The notes: a model not told the origin generated them from the sequence alone. A stretch of 63,988 nt of DNA, filler included, from Barthelona sp. PAP020 (GCA_040182905.1; 6 parts of 6 records of this genome joined end to end with filler, not necessarily neighbours in it); one strand, 5' to 3'. Shown: positions 1-11,241, counted from the whole stretch's first letter. Program-made: numbers and translations.

Positions 1-422
1 TTGCTTGGATGCAAACATCATTACATTTTTGTTTGTTTGCTTTTCTTTCGCTATTTTAATCAAACTATCTGTTTTTCCAGCAAATGTAGGACCTAAAATG
101 AGATGAATTGACATGGTATGAAAAAACAGAACAAGAAAAAACTCTTGAACAAAAAGTAACGTTTTTTTTTATTTTTTTTTATTTTTTGATTCTTTTTCAT
201 TTTTGGCAGCAGATATTGTGTTTTTATTTGAATCCACAAAACTCTTTCAGTAAATTTGGAACTTTTGAGTTTTTTTTGTTTTTCTTCCAATTTATTTTAT
301 TTTCAAACATTTGAACAATGAAGGATTGAACTGTTTTGTTTGTTTGATTAAATTACTTTTTTGAGAAGAAACTCGAGTGAACTTTTTTTCTGTTTTATAC
401 TCATTTAAAAATTGAAAAGAAT

Positions 423-1133
423 ATGGCTGAGGAGAATGACAATTCAGACATGACGAAAATACAAAAATCTAGTGGCGATAATTCCAAACGGAGAAAAAAT
501 AATGTTGCAAGAAAGAAAAGAATTGATCCAAACACGTATGCTGAAGTTTATGTATCTAGTCCTTTTACTTCGAAAGTGAAAAGACCACAAAGAAAATGGG
601 CAAAAGATGTCAAACCTGAAAAACCCAAACGAACACAAACAAGACCTAGGAGTCCAAAATTGGGTGTTATTGATCTCAAGAAGGCAAGAGAGCTTGATTT
701 AAAAAGAAAAAAGAAATTAGAGACTGAAATTGAACGAAAAAAAAAACAGATCATAAGAGAAATGGAGAAAAATGATAGTGCTCGTATTATAAGTGAAAAA
801 CGTTCAAAACCAAGAGTCAGTTCTATTCCAAAAAACACTGCTTCACCATTTGGTCGATCTCAGTTGCAAGAGCAAGAAGCTGCAATTGAAAGACGGCGCA
901 AGGAAAAATTCGCTTTGGAAAGAGCAAAAATAAAACAACGGAAAGAATATATGTACATGAGATCGATAGAGTTTGAAACAAGACTTGCTTCTGCTGTTCA
1001 AGAGGAAATTGTTAGACAAGAGAAAGAACAAGCGCGACTTGACAATGACAAACGTTTAAAGCTTTCCCTGGACTATGAAGAATCAGTTGATGACTCTGTT
1101 GATGCGGCTGATGAATTTGAACCAATTGTGTAA
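423..1133 (+). CDS. Hypothetical basic/coiled-coil protein (236 aa)
   Basis: Long ATG-initiated K/R/E-rich ORF; no family recognised. Confidence 0.7.
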   Translation: MAEENDNSDMTKIQKSSGDNSKRRKNNVARKKRIDPNTYAEVYVSSPFTSKVKRPQRKWAKDVKPEKPKRTQTRPRSPKLGVIDLKKARELDLKRKKKLETEIERKKKQIIREMEKNDSARIISEKRSKPRVSSIPKNTASPFGRSQLQEQEAAIERRRKEKFALERAKIKQRKEYMYMRSIEFETRLASAVQEEIVRQEKEQARLDNDKRLKLSLDYEESVDDSVDAADEFEPIV

Positions 1134-1157
1134 AGTTGTCCGTTTTTTTTTTATTGA

Positions 1158-1844
1158 ATGCAAGAAAATTTGAAGAAAAAGTTGTTGGAATGTTTGGCCA
1201 AGAGGTCCTTTTTGGATGAATTTCAATTAAAACCTTTGAATGCAGAGATTTCTGAATGGATGAAAGTTGACCTTCGAAACTTCAATCCATCTGAACTTGG
1301 AACATTTGATTTAATCTTACTTGATCCTCCTTTTGATATTCGTATGAATCTAGATTATGGTACTCTGTTGGATTCTGAAATTTATAATTTGAAGGTACCA
1401 GAATTATTAAGTAATACTGTTGTTGCGATGTTCGTTACCAATAGAGCCATTAACTTTGGGAAAAGTTGTTTTGATCATTGGGGAATTGAGCTTATTGATG
1501 AAATTACGTGGATAAAAACAAATGATCAAAAAAATTTGCATGTATACAATAAGGGAATCACTGGACATTGGATAAACCATTCCAAAGAATTCTGTTTGAT
1601 TGGTAAATTCGGTAATCCAATTGTTCGCATGGATTCTGTTCCCAATGTTCTTTTTTCTCGAATTGGTCTTCGTTCAGTAAAGCCAACAGAAATTTATGAA
1701 TATTTGGAAAGATTGGTTGTCGGAACCCGAAGATTGGAGTTGTTCGCGAGAAATCACAATCGAAGACCAGGATGGTTAAGTTTGGGACTTGAATTGGATG
1801 GCTATCGTATTTTTCATCAAGATATTTGCAAAAGTGTACTTTGA
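1158..1844 (+). CDS. METTL3: MT-A70 family N6-adenosine methyltransferase, METTL3/IME4-like catalytic domain only
   Basis: ILLDPPFDIRMNLDYGTL, DEITWIKTN, GITGHWINHSKEFCLIG, SVKPTEIY and RRLELFARNHNRRPGWLSLG are collinear with the METTL3 MTase domain. Confidence 0.85.
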   Translation: MQENLKKKLLECLAKRSFLDEFQLKPLNAEISEWMKVDLRNFNPSELGTFDLILLDPPFDIRMNLDYGTLLDSEIYNLKVPELLSNTVVAMFVTNRAINFGKSCFDHWGIELIDEITWIKTNDQKNLHVYNKGITGHWINHSKEFCLIGKFGNPIVRMDSVPNVLFSRIGLRSVKPTEIYEYLERLVVGTRRLELFARNHNRRPGWLSLGLELDGYRIFHQDICKSVL

Positions 1845-2319
1845 TGTGTATTTTTTTGTGATTTAATGCATATATTTTGAAATTTTGGTTATTTCAAAGG
1901 AATCATTGTTTGATTGATTATTATTATTTTGTTATAACCTTTAACTGAGTGAAAATTGTTCAAATTAGAGTTTCTTTTGTTAGTTTTAATTGAATTTGAT
2001 TTAAAACTTGTTTAAAAATTTGAAAACTTTTTTGTGATTCTTTCATCATCCATTATGAATCAGAGGAAGAAGAATGGAAAGAAAAAAGGATTGATTTTAT
2101 TCTTAATTTCACAGAAGTTGTTTCTTTCAGTATTTTTTTTCTAATTTGATGAAAAATTCACGAGATATTTTTCTGTTTTTCTTTCACTTAATAAAACTTT
2201 TTTTGTCATTTAATGTTGTTCATGTTTGCAAAAAAGTTACACAGATATTTTGCAATCCTTGAAATTTTTTTTTGAATAAGTTGTAAACATCAGATTTTTT
2301 TTTTGTTCAAAGTGGTTTT

Positions 2320-2733
2320 TCAGATTGCTATTTTTTTTTCATTTTCTTCAAAATGAACTATATCATTATTATCTGTATTTTCTAAAGGTAGATTGAATCT
2401 TTTTATCCGATGACATATTTGACAAGTTATTGTAACTCTTTTAATTAATAAATTGTTTTTATGTCCATTTGTAATACGAACACAAGCAGTAATACCAGGA
2501 ATTAGCAAATTCTTACAACCTTTGCAAACACTTCTTTTAATTAATGGTTCATTTCTTTGGGTAAGTTTTTGTGACAGCCAAATCTGTTCTTGAATGTAAA
2601 ATCTTGAAAGATTGTTTTCCTCAACACAACAATTTGCCAATTGAAACAGATAATTTCTTCTGTTGTTCTGTAAAATGGTTTTTCTTTGGGTAACTTTGTT
2701 ATTTTGGTTTTTTCTACGTTTTGGACGAGCCAT
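2320..2733 (-). CDS. RPP21: RNase P subunit Rpr2/Rpp21
   Basis: RRNYLFQLA, LSRFYI, IKRSVCKGCKNLLIPG and ITCQICHRIKRF zinc-ribbon pattern. Confidence 0.85.
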   Translation of the reverse strand: MARPKRRKNQNNKVTQRKTILQNNRRNYLFQLANCCVEENNLSRFYIQEQIWLSQKLTQRNEPLIKRSVCKGCKNLLIPGITACVRITNGHKNNLLIKRVTITCQICHRIKRFNLPLENTDNNDIVHFEENEKKIAI

Positions 2734-2821
2734 ATTATCAATTTAATGATCAAAGATTGAAAAAAGGGAAAAGAGTTTCTCTCTTTTGAAACAATAAAAA
2801 CAGAAATGTTTTACAATAAAA

Positions 2822-5800
2822 TTAAATTTCAAATTCATCCTTTATCCTGAATTTGTTAAACTTTTCTAATTTCTTTTTCCATATATATCTGTCATATTTT
2901 TCTTGTGTTTGAAAATTTTGCTGATTCAATTGCATTAATTGCTCTCTGTTCAAATTTTCTTCATTTTGTAGAATTTGGTCAGTAAATTGAACGTCTATTT
3001 CATTTTCCAAAATAGAAGCTCTGTGTTCATCCCCAAATTCATTGGGTTGGGTTTGCAATCCTTTAAAATTACCATTTAGTTGTTTTAGCAAAGTTTCTAC
3101 CTCCTTCAATAAAGGTTCGACAGTATCTGGATTTTGAGTAACATTGAGTTGAGTTTCAATTTCTTTTATTCTCTCTTCAACATTTTTTTCCACGATTTCA
3201 TCTTTCAATACCTGTTCCAATATTTCATTTGAATCCACGATTTGAGAATGTTTAACAGGTACTTTGAAATGTTTTTTTGAATATTTTGAAGTCTTTGTGT
3301 ATTTATCAATGTCTTCATATAAAGAAAAATCGATGGAATGAATTTGAGGAAAATTATTTATCTTTTCCAATTTTTTTCTTCTTTTCATTCTTCTTCTCAC
3401 CGTAGCGTAATCAATGTCCAATTGTTTTTTAATGAAGCTTCTCTCTTTTTCATAATAAGTATTTGCCATATAAAATGGTTCAACTGATTCTGTGAGATCA
3501 ATTGGTCTTTGTTGAACAATTGACTGAAAATATGGTGCCAAATTAGCCACATCCTCTTTAATCTGCATTTTTTTTATTGTTTGAGAATTTTGAAAACTTT
3601 CACCCCCCATTGAAGGTAAATCTCTCAAAGTTGAACTTTTTTGATGAATTTTCTTTGATTTTTTACTTTTTTTTTCATTTATTTTTGGTAAAAATAATTT
3701 TAACTCATTGTTTCTTTCATTTAATCCCTTGAAATGCATATTTAAGGCACAATATTCAATAGTATCTGGTTTTCTAATTGTTGTAACATTTGAAGCTGAA
3801 AATTGCCACTTGACAACAGGCATTCCAATCACAGTTAAATTACCTAACAATCTTTTGGATAACATGTCATACACACTCACAATACCACATCTTCCGGCAA
3901 CAGCAATAAATGGTGAATGTGAATGACACACAGTGAAAGCACTGATTGTATTGTCCCCATGATTTAAAGAATTTGAACCCTTTAAAATAGGTTCATGAAA
4001 GAAATCAATTTTCTTGCGAAACACAAGCTTCGCTTTCTTAAAATGATCTATTTCAACCCCCCTATCATACGTTTTATTGAGTTGTCTGACAATATCATTA
4101 TTTTCACAGCAATTTCTGTAACTTATAATACTGTACATCCAAATTGAACCAAAGTCATACCTATGTATGCTTCCATGTCCATCATCACAAGCTAAAACCA
4201 AATAATGTCTAAAATGAGGTAATATTCTTCCAGATGTATAATCTGATAAAGGTGGATCACTGGAAATATGTGCAATTTTAATATCTGGAACATTATGAAG
4301 TTCCAAACTCTTAGGCAAATATACTTTACATATTATTGATTGAGTAACAGGGGATATGATAAAAACAGGATAATTGTCACCAATTATTTCAGGAGCACAA
4401 ATAACAATTCCCGTGGAAGTAAGATTGGATTCTCCCAAACCCAAAATTTTTGTTTTGAATTTAAAAGTACATTCAATGCTCAATCCAATAACACTGTAAC
4501 AGGTGACTGTATTTGATTCATCCCAAATTAGAAGCGATTGTGCGGGTTTTTTCAAATAAACAGCTCCCAATATTGAATATTCAAAATTAAAAGATCTCAA
4601 ACGATATGGTGATTCAGTTTCTAATTCATGCACATTGGGTATATAATAAATACTAAAAGTTTGGTTGTATGTTGAACCAATAATACAAATATCACCATTC
4701 TTTTTTAAATCTGTATCGGTCCATATGTGAGTGATGTCCACATCAAATACATTAATTTCTTTCAACAATCTCATATTATAACTCAAGAATATTCTTAGAG
4801 TACCGCTAACAAATCCAACAAATAAACGTCGCATACTGTGTTCCACATACAAACAAGTAATATCATTTGTTCCATGCTGCTTCACAGAATCAGGTAATTG
4901 CCATTGTGCCACAGGATTTGGTCGACCATTATATGAGTTAAATGTAGCAATGGCATCTCTACAGGCAACATGAAATGTTTGGTAAGTAGTGTTATAAACA
5001 ATCTGAGAAACAGAATTACTTTCAGCAAAGGAAACAGTGCTGTTTCTGTTTGGTTCATAACAATGTAATGTTAAATTTCCCAATAATAATTCAGATGTTT
5101 GTGAAGTTATTGTGCAAGCTGAATGAGGAACTGATCTTTTTAAAGGATATATGCTTCCAATACACATGAACGTTCTAATATCCCAAATTCTGACCTTTCC
5201 CGAAGTGTCCAAGGACACAAGTACGTTAATGTCATCGGATAGAGATAATTTAATTACAGCGCGTTCATGTCCGGTCAATGAATGGATTGGTGTAGCAACA
5301 AATGGATTCCATGCGAATAATAAAGTGTCATCACCAGCCGTGAATAATAATCGATGATATGAAGAATATGCAACATCATTAATGGATTGAGAATGAGCAT
5401 TAAATGAAGCTCTTGGATTCTTTGTTTGATTGGTGACAATTCCATCAATATCCCAAATTTTCATTGTTGTATCTGAAGATACAGTAACAAATGAATCAAT
5501 GTCAGCCACCAAACAAATCCCATTGATCCAATCATCATGAAACTTAGCTTGACATTCAATTACTTCTGTATCAGTATTCAAATCAAAAACATGCCCATAA
5601 CCATCTTGTCCAACAGTCAGGAGCAGTTTTCTATCTTCCAAAACAATCATGCGCATTTGTGGAGATGAAACTAAGATTTGACCAAGAAGCGCATAGGTGG
5701 ATGCATCATATATTCTTAAAATACTGTCAGCACTTGAAACAATAATTCGGTGAAGAATTGCACATGAAGTCACACAAAATACAGGAGCAAAAACAGGAAA

Positions 5801-6385
5801 TTTATACAGTGGCTGATAGGACTCTGATAATATGTAAGTGGTACTGTGGCCAGTGCCAACAACAATTTTATTAATATTTCCAAGGCATTGCAGAAGAGTT
5901 ATTGTTGATTCTAATTTTAAAGGAATGACCTTCGAATGTTCATTTGAATATCTTGGAACTTCTTGCGATTGTTTAGTTCCAATTCCACTATCTCCTTGAT
6001 CCACAAGAAAAGAAGTAAAACTATCCCAATCAATTATTCCTGATCCATCAAAATCAATTTGATGGAATAAATTTTTCAATTCAACTTCAATATTATTTTC
6101 ACAAGTGGATTGCGTTCCAAAATGTTCAAGCATTAACGGTTTAAAAACTTCAACAAATTTAAAAATGTCAATTCCCTCATTCGCATCGTTAATAAATTCT
6201 TTTCTAATATCTTCAACTGATGTTTCATTTAATCGTAGTATCAGATCAATGGCATAAACTGGATGAATATGATTTTGATTTGCAGACGCTGTGTTTCTTT
6301 GATGTGTCAATGAAGTAACGTGTTGAACCCATTCGACTAATTGTAGTTGCTCAATCTCAGTCAATTCATCCCAATTGAAAACCAT
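2822..6385 (-). CDS. EF-hand plus WD40-repeat protein (WDR49/WDR64-like, probably flagellar)
   Basis: EF-hand LFHQIDFDGSGIIDWDSF followed by WD repeats (HDDWIN..MKIWD, AHSQSIN..FAWN, GHERAV..VRIWD). Confidence 0.8.
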   Translation of the reverse strand: MVFNWDELTEIEQLQLVEWVQHVTSLTHQRNTASANQNHIHPVYAIDLILRLNETSVEDIRKEFINDANEGIDIFKFVEVFKPLMLEHFGTQSTCENNIEVELKNLFHQIDFDGSGIIDWDSFTSFLVDQGDSGIGTKQSQEVPRYSNEHSKVIPLKLESTITLLQCLGNINKIVVGTGHSTTYILSESYQPLYKFPVFAPVFCVTSCAILHRIIVSSADSILRIYDASTYALLGQILVSSPQMRMIVLEDRKLLLTVGQDGYGHVFDLNTDTEVIECQAKFHDDWINGICLVADIDSFVTVSSDTTMKIWDIDGIVTNQTKNPRASFNAHSQSINDVAYSSYHRLLFTAGDDTLLFAWNPFVATPIHSLTGHERAVIKLSLSDDINVLVSLDTSGKVRIWDIRTFMCIGSIYPLKRSVPHSACTITSQTSELLLGNLTLHCYEPNRNSTVSFAESNSVSQIVYNTTYQTFHVACRDAIATFNSYNGRPNPVAQWQLPDSVKQHGTNDITCLYVEHSMRRLFVGFVSGTLRIFLSYNMRLLKEINVFDVDITHIWTDTDLKKNGDICIIGSTYNQTFSIYYIPNVHELETESPYRLRSFNFEYSILGAVYLKKPAQSLLIWDESNTVTCYSVIGLSIECTFKFKTKILGLGESNLTSTGIVICAPEIIGDNYPVFIISPVTQSIICKVYLPKSLELHNVPDIKIAHISSDPPLSDYTSGRILPHFRHYLVLACDDGHGSIHRYDFGSIWMYSIISYRNCCENNDIVRQLNKTYDRGVEIDHFKKAKLVFRKKIDFFHEPILKGSNSLNHGDNTISAFTVCHSHSPFIAVAGRCGIVSVYDMLSKRLLGNLTVIGMPVVKWQFSASNVTTIRKPDTIEYCALNMHFKGLNERNNELKLFLPKINEKKSKKSKKIHQKSSTLRDLPSMGGESFQNSQTIKKMQIKEDVANLAPYFQSIVQQRPIDLTESVEPFYMANTYYEKERSFIKKQLDIDYATVRRRMKRRKKLEKINNFPQIHSIDFSLYEDIDKYTKTSKYSKKHFKVPVKHSQIVDSNEILEQVLKDEIVEKNVEERIKEIETQLNVTQNPDTVEPLLKEVETLLKQLNGNFKGLQTQPNEFGDEHRASILENEIDVQFTDQILQNEENLNREQLMQLNQQNFQTQEKYDRYIWKKKLEKFNKFRIKDEFEI

Positions 6386-7493
6386 TTCATATTCAAATCA
6401 AAAAAAAATTTGATATTTCTTCTTTTATTCTAATTGTGGATGTTATGGTTCAAATTTCATATTTATTTCAATTTTTGTAACATTTCCGTTTAGATGTTGT
6501 CTTTTTTGAAAATCTTTTCATCCCTTTGCTTTATGGATAGTCAACAGCTCTTTTTTTGTTTTCTTTTCCCTTTTTCAGAAAATTTTTAATTTGACAATAA
6601 ACAAAATCATCAGTCTCTTCTTGCATTGATTTCATGTTTCCTGCCTTCACGTACTCAATTTCAAGCAACCCTATGTCTTGCCGTTTCGGGAGATTATGGC
6701 ATGCCTCTTCAATTAGAAATGTCATTTGTGCCAAGCCAAAAGTCACAAGCCTCAACTTGTTTGTTTTGCAGAAATTCATCTTCCACCAAATCTTCTTCAA
6801 TTTCTTTTCAACATTTTTGCCCCAATGTTTCTCTTTTCAAAGTTTTGATCTTTTCCCTTTTCAATTCATCTTTCTTTCAACATTTCTCATTGCAATTTCA
6901 AACTTTTTCAATTGGTCTCCAACAAAGACATAATGGTGGCACGAATGTTTTCCCCCTCCAAAGCTCCCTCAAAACAGAGCTATTTTCCAGCTTGAATATT
7001 TGCACTGTTCTTTTCCCCATTGGTTTTGTTTTTCTTTTACTGATGCCTCTGTTTTTTTAACTCACTCTTTCAAACAATAGAATTTTGTTTCCATTTGAAT
7101 AAAAAATTAAAGTGATTTTTTACAAAATTTTTGATTTTGTGAATAAGGATAAATCTCGTATGAGCTTACAAAGTATACAAATAACATTTATAAAATCAAT
7201 GCGTTAACATTTTTTTTTTTTTAATTGGGTAGTTTCATTATGAGGTTTGGAAAATATTATCTTTGGTGCATTTGAGTTGTTAGATTGAATAATTCATTAT
7301 TTGAAAAATGCCAAATTGTTTGAAGTCAGTTCTTAATTGGAAATATACCAAATGTTTACTTGATCTTTTAGTCTACAAATCAATGAAATAAATTACACTT
7401 GTGTTTAAGAAGAATAATCTTTCTCATATTTTGAAATATTTTCCTCCATCAGTCTTTGAAATTATTAGTAAAAAAAACAAAGGCATTTATAAA

Positions 7494-7973
7494 TTAATCC
7501 GTCAAAATCTTTACATAATTATTATATTTATTTTTTGAAATTTTAAAATTAAAGTTTAAAATGTGTAAAACATTTCGTTCTAATTTATTTAAATATTGAA
7601 GATTCATTCCAAAAATCCATGCCCATGATCGATTATTTAAACTAATGTCTTCAAAAAATTTGTGAGATTCCATAAAACTAACACAAATTGTTTCCACCAA
7701 TAGTCTTTTATTTAAAAACTTCAATTTGGAAAGTATTTTGTCATTCAAAATCAAACTGCTAACCCAAATTTCAAAAGTCATTTGAGAATATTTTGCAATT
7801 CGGAAAAATAATTTAATAATTGTGCTCTTTTGTTCAATTGAAATTGAGGAATGTTTTGAAACTAAAAATAAAAAAGTTTGAATGGTCTTTTTTAAAAGAT
7901 TGGATGGAATTGTGATATTTCTAAATTCTGAATTATGATCATGATTGTTAATAAATTTCGACAAATCCTTCAT
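7494..7973 (-). CDS. PHO80/cyclin-U-like cyclin
   Basis: SHKFFEDISLNNRSWAWIFGMNLQYLNKLERNVLHILNFNFKIS matches the PHO80-type cyclin box. Confidence 0.75.
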   Translation of the reverse strand: MKDLSKFINNHDHNSEFRNITIPSNLLKKTIQTFLFLVSKHSSISIEQKSTIIKLFFRIAKYSQMTFEIWVSSLILNDKILSKLKFLNKRLLVETICVSFMESHKFFEDISLNNRSWAWIFGMNLQYLNKLERNVLHILNFNFKISKNKYNNYVKILTD

Positions 7974-8360
7974 TCATGACACCAAAACAAGAAAAAGAAG
8001 AAGTTGCGAGTTCATTGCTGGAGGGACTTCGCAAAAAAGAAAAGGCGTGAAAACAAGTCGATTCGCTTGAAGAGAGAAAATTTATTGAAAAAAACTGGGA
8101 AAAAATGAAAGAAAATGAAAAAGGTAAATCATTTCCAGAAGACCAATTCAAAAAGGTGGTTTCAAACAAGACATTGAAAATGCCAATATTTGGAAGGATT
8201 GAAAAAAGAAAAGGAGATTTGGGCTATTTTTGTGAAAATTTTGGATAACAAAAGAAAATGAAATAACTCCATCAAAAGAAAAATTCATGAATAATGTTGA
8301 AGAATTGGTTTTATTCTTTGTTGTTTTTATTGGTAGAAATTTCTTAATTAATATGTAAGC

Positions 8361-10466
8361 ATGTCAATAGCATTGTTAAAGAAAGAAACAAGACAAAAAT
8401 TGTTATCAACACAAATTGTTCAATCCCCATTTAACATTGTCAAAGAATTATTCGAAAATGCTGTTGATGCCAAAGCTTTATCGATTGTGATAAAATTTTT
8501 TGATTTTGGTTTGCATGGTTTGACGATCATTGATGATGGACGAGGGATAGCTTTTGGCGATTTTCCTCATTTGTTTGACGCAAACACTTCTTCAAAAATA
8601 TCATCAGAGCAATTAAAAGATGTTGTGACACTTGGATTTCGAGGTGAAGCATTGTTTGCCATTTCAAACATTGCAAAAATTTTAGTTGAAAGCAGCACAG
8701 ATGATTCTGGATTTGGATATTCAATTTCTTCTTTTGATGGACAAAAATCAGAGATTGAACCAATATCTCATGAGAAAGGAACAAGTATTAACGTTTCTGA
8801 CATTTTTTGTATGTTACCAGTCAGAAAACGATATTTGGAAACGAATATTCAGGATTTTTATGAAAAGTCGTTAAAATATTTGAAGGATTTTTCTTTGTTT
8901 TCAAAAATAAAGATTTCTGTTTCCAATGTTACTGGTAATCGATCAAAAGTTATCTTTACTTCAAGTGGAAATTCTTTCAAGGACAATATCATCTCATTGT
9001 ATGGCCGTGAATTATTTGATAAACTTTCTAAATTTCAAGTTGACAGTGTTGAAGACAATATTCATATTTTTGGCTACATTTCCCGTTTTTCATTGGCTTC
9101 ATTGTCTTCTAGACCTGTGTTACAAACTTTTTCCGTCAATGATCGAACTGTTAAGTTGTCGGAAATATCAAAAGCTATTCAAAAATTTTATCATGTCAGT
9201 TTTCCCCAACCATTATTGCCTTTGTTTGCAATAAAGATCAAGATTGATCCATCTTTGATTGATGTTAATGTTGAAATGGATAAATCTTCAGTTATTTTTA
9301 AAGACTATGAGCAAATTAGAGATTTAGTTATAAAAGGAATTGATATTTGTGCAAAAAATCATTTTGAAAACAAACATATGATAACACTTCCTGAAATTGG
9401 CTTAGTTTTTCAAGACAAAAGTCATGAAAAATTTACAGATGACATTATTCCAAAAGTTTCAAAGAAAACTCAACAAATTGTTGAAGAGAATTTTGATCAA
9501 GATAATGAAATTGATGAGACAGAAAATTCTTTTGATAAAGAGGATGACATTTGTTTGAATAAATTGTTTAATCTGGACAATGCTGTTTTATCATCTCAAA
9601 ATATTTCATCAAGCAAATTGGATACAATTGATAAAGAAAAGCAATTGAGAGAGACTCCAATAAATTCTAAATCAAAGAAAACTTACAAATTTGTGGATTT
9701 GATTGACACTGAGCTTATTGATAATAAAAATTTGAAAGGAAAAGAAAATAAATGCTTACCTTCAACATTTGAGTTTGTGAGCTTGGATAACAGTCAAACT
9801 ATGAAATTTAGTCAACAGCCTGTTGGTCCACCAACCGTTTTGTTATCACCTCAAACAATCCAAAAAGCTGATTTTTTGAAGATGAATTTGCTTGGGCAAT
9901 TCAACAATGGGTTCATCTTACTTGAATTGGATGATGAGATTATTGTTGTTGACCAACATGCAGCACATGAAAGAATAAACTTTGAAAAATTGGTGAATGG
10001 AACTGGCAATTTAAACAAACAGCCACTTTTAAAACCTGTTTCATTATTGCTGTCTTCAAATCAAAAAAAAATTTTATTGAACCATATTTCTGTTTTGAAT
10101 GACATTGGTTTTGATTGTGTTGAAAAAAACGGAGAATTTTTTTTGTTAACTGTCCCAGTTTTATTTGGAAAGCCTTTAGAAGAATTGGATATGATACAAA
10201 TTCTCGATTTTCTGGGTGAAGTTGGATCAAATATTGAAAATTCTTCAATAAAAGCGTCTGAAAAAGTCTTTGCTAAATTAGCATCCAAAGCTTGTCGGTC
10301 TTCTGTCATGATTGGTGAAAACTTGTCAAATAAACATTTAATTTCGATAATTAGACAATTGCACAAATTAAAACATCCATGGAGTTGTCCTCATGGAAGA
10401 ACAACGGTTCAGTCTTTGGTTTCAAAATCGGAATTGCGCAATTTTTTTCAAGATTTCAAAATTTAG
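8361..10466 (+). CDS. PMS2: MutL-family mismatch repair endonuclease (PMS2/yeast PMS1 type)
   Basis: GHKL motifs KELFENAVDA, DDGRGI, TLGFRGEAL; endonuclease motifs DQHAAHERINFE, ACRSS, CPHGR. Confidence 0.93.
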   Translation: MSIALLKKETRQKLLSTQIVQSPFNIVKELFENAVDAKALSIVIKFFDFGLHGLTIIDDGRGIAFGDFPHLFDANTSSKISSEQLKDVVTLGFRGEALFAISNIAKILVESSTDDSGFGYSISSFDGQKSEIEPISHEKGTSINVSDIFCMLPVRKRYLETNIQDFYEKSLKYLKDFSLFSKIKISVSNVTGNRSKVIFTSSGNSFKDNIISLYGRELFDKLSKFQVDSVEDNIHIFGYISRFSLASLSSRPVLQTFSVNDRTVKLSEISKAIQKFYHVSFPQPLLPLFAIKIKIDPSLIDVNVEMDKSSVIFKDYEQIRDLVIKGIDICAKNHFENKHMITLPEIGLVFQDKSHEKFTDDIIPKVSKKTQQIVEENFDQDNEIDETENSFDKEDDICLNKLFNLDNAVLSSQNISSSKLDTIDKEKQLRETPINSKSKKTYKFVDLIDTELIDNKNLKGKENKCLPSTFEFVSLDNSQTMKFSQQPVGPPTVLLSPQTIQKADFLKMNLLGQFNNGFILLELDDEIIVVDQHAAHERINFEKLVNGTGNLNKQPLLKPVSLLLSSNQKKILLNHISVLNDIGFDCVEKNGEFFLLTVPVLFGKPLEELDMIQILDFLGEVGSNIENSSIKASEKVFAKLASKACRSSVMIGENLSNKHLISIIRQLHKLKHPWSCPHGRTTVQSLVSKSELRNFFQDFKI

Positions 10467-10845
10467 CAATTGGTTTCATGTATTGGATTTATTAATAAAG
10501 AACATTAATCGAATCAAGGGATTCATTTATTTTATCTATTTTTTAGAACTGTGTAAAAATATTCTCTCTTGTTTTTTGTTTATTTTATTGGTTTTAAAGT
10601 GAATAATTGTGTAATCTTAGCAATCAGAGAAAAAGCGATGAATGCCTTTTTTTTTCTTTAATTTGTTTTCATGCTTTCCTTTTTTTTCTTATGAACATTG
10701 CCATATTGAAATAAATCTTATAGATTTTTCAACTATTGGAACAAAATTTTTTTTTTCAAATAAAAAATAACTGTGTGTTTATATAAAAAAATATTGTTGT
10801 AAATTTTAAAAAGCATCAATGGTCTATATTTTTGAACTTCATTAC

Positions 10846-11055
10846 TTACATACCAAAACCGTATAAAGTACGACCTTGTTTCTTCAAAGCATAAATAACA
10901 TCGACAGCAGTACAAGTCTTACGATTGCCATGAACAGTATATGTAATAGCATCATGAACAACAGAGTCAAGGAAGTTTCTTAAAACACCACGGGTTTCAA
11001 CATAAATACCCTTGGAAATACGTTTAACACCACCTCTACGAGCGAGACGACGAAT
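10846..11055 (-). CDS. H4: Histone H4, 5'-truncated by contig end (not in ORF track)
   Basis: Manual translation [69 protein letters not shown]. Confidence 0.97.
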   Translation of the reverse strand: MRRLARRGGVKRISKGIYVETRGVLRNFLDSVVHDAITYTVHGNRKTCTAVDVIYALKKQGRTLYGFGM

Positions 11056-11056
11056 G

Positions 11057-11156
11057 NNNNNNNNNNNNNNNNNNNNNNNNNNNNNNNNNNNNNNNNNNNN
11101 TTAATTAATTAANNNNNNNNNNNNNNNNNNNNNNNNNNNNNNNNNNNNNNNNNNNN
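11057..11156. other. Artificial contig-joining linker
   Basis: 100 nt of N with central TTAATTAATTAA (stops in all six frames). Confidence 0.98.
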
Positions 11157-11241
11157 AGTTTCAGCCTTCACAATATAAATAACTCCATCTTTTCTTCTTT
11201 TTCACGCCTCATCCAACTAAAAACAAATTCAAAAACAAATG

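Noticed and set aside
444..1031. Many short antisense or nested ORFs in the track (for example 444-638, 9940-10248, 20353-20814, 35517-35948, 44555-44983)
   Set aside because: Shadows of real genes on the opposite strand or in another frame, with no recognisable motifs
6666..6673. CAACCCTA as a telomerase RNA template, and AAACCCTA at 36191 as a telo-box
   Set aside because: Single 8-mers are expected by chance; no supporting structure or telomeric array
7976..8248. Plus-strand 90-codon frame with one in-frame TGA (readthrough or selenocysteine?)
   Set aside because: Purine-rich antisense of the cyclin leader, where stops are naturally scarce; no homology or SECIS seen, and it starts 2 nt from the cyclin ATG
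11101..11112. TTAATTAATTAA palindrome recurring about every 11 kb
   Set aside because: Always centred in a 100-nt N block; an assembly linker, not biology
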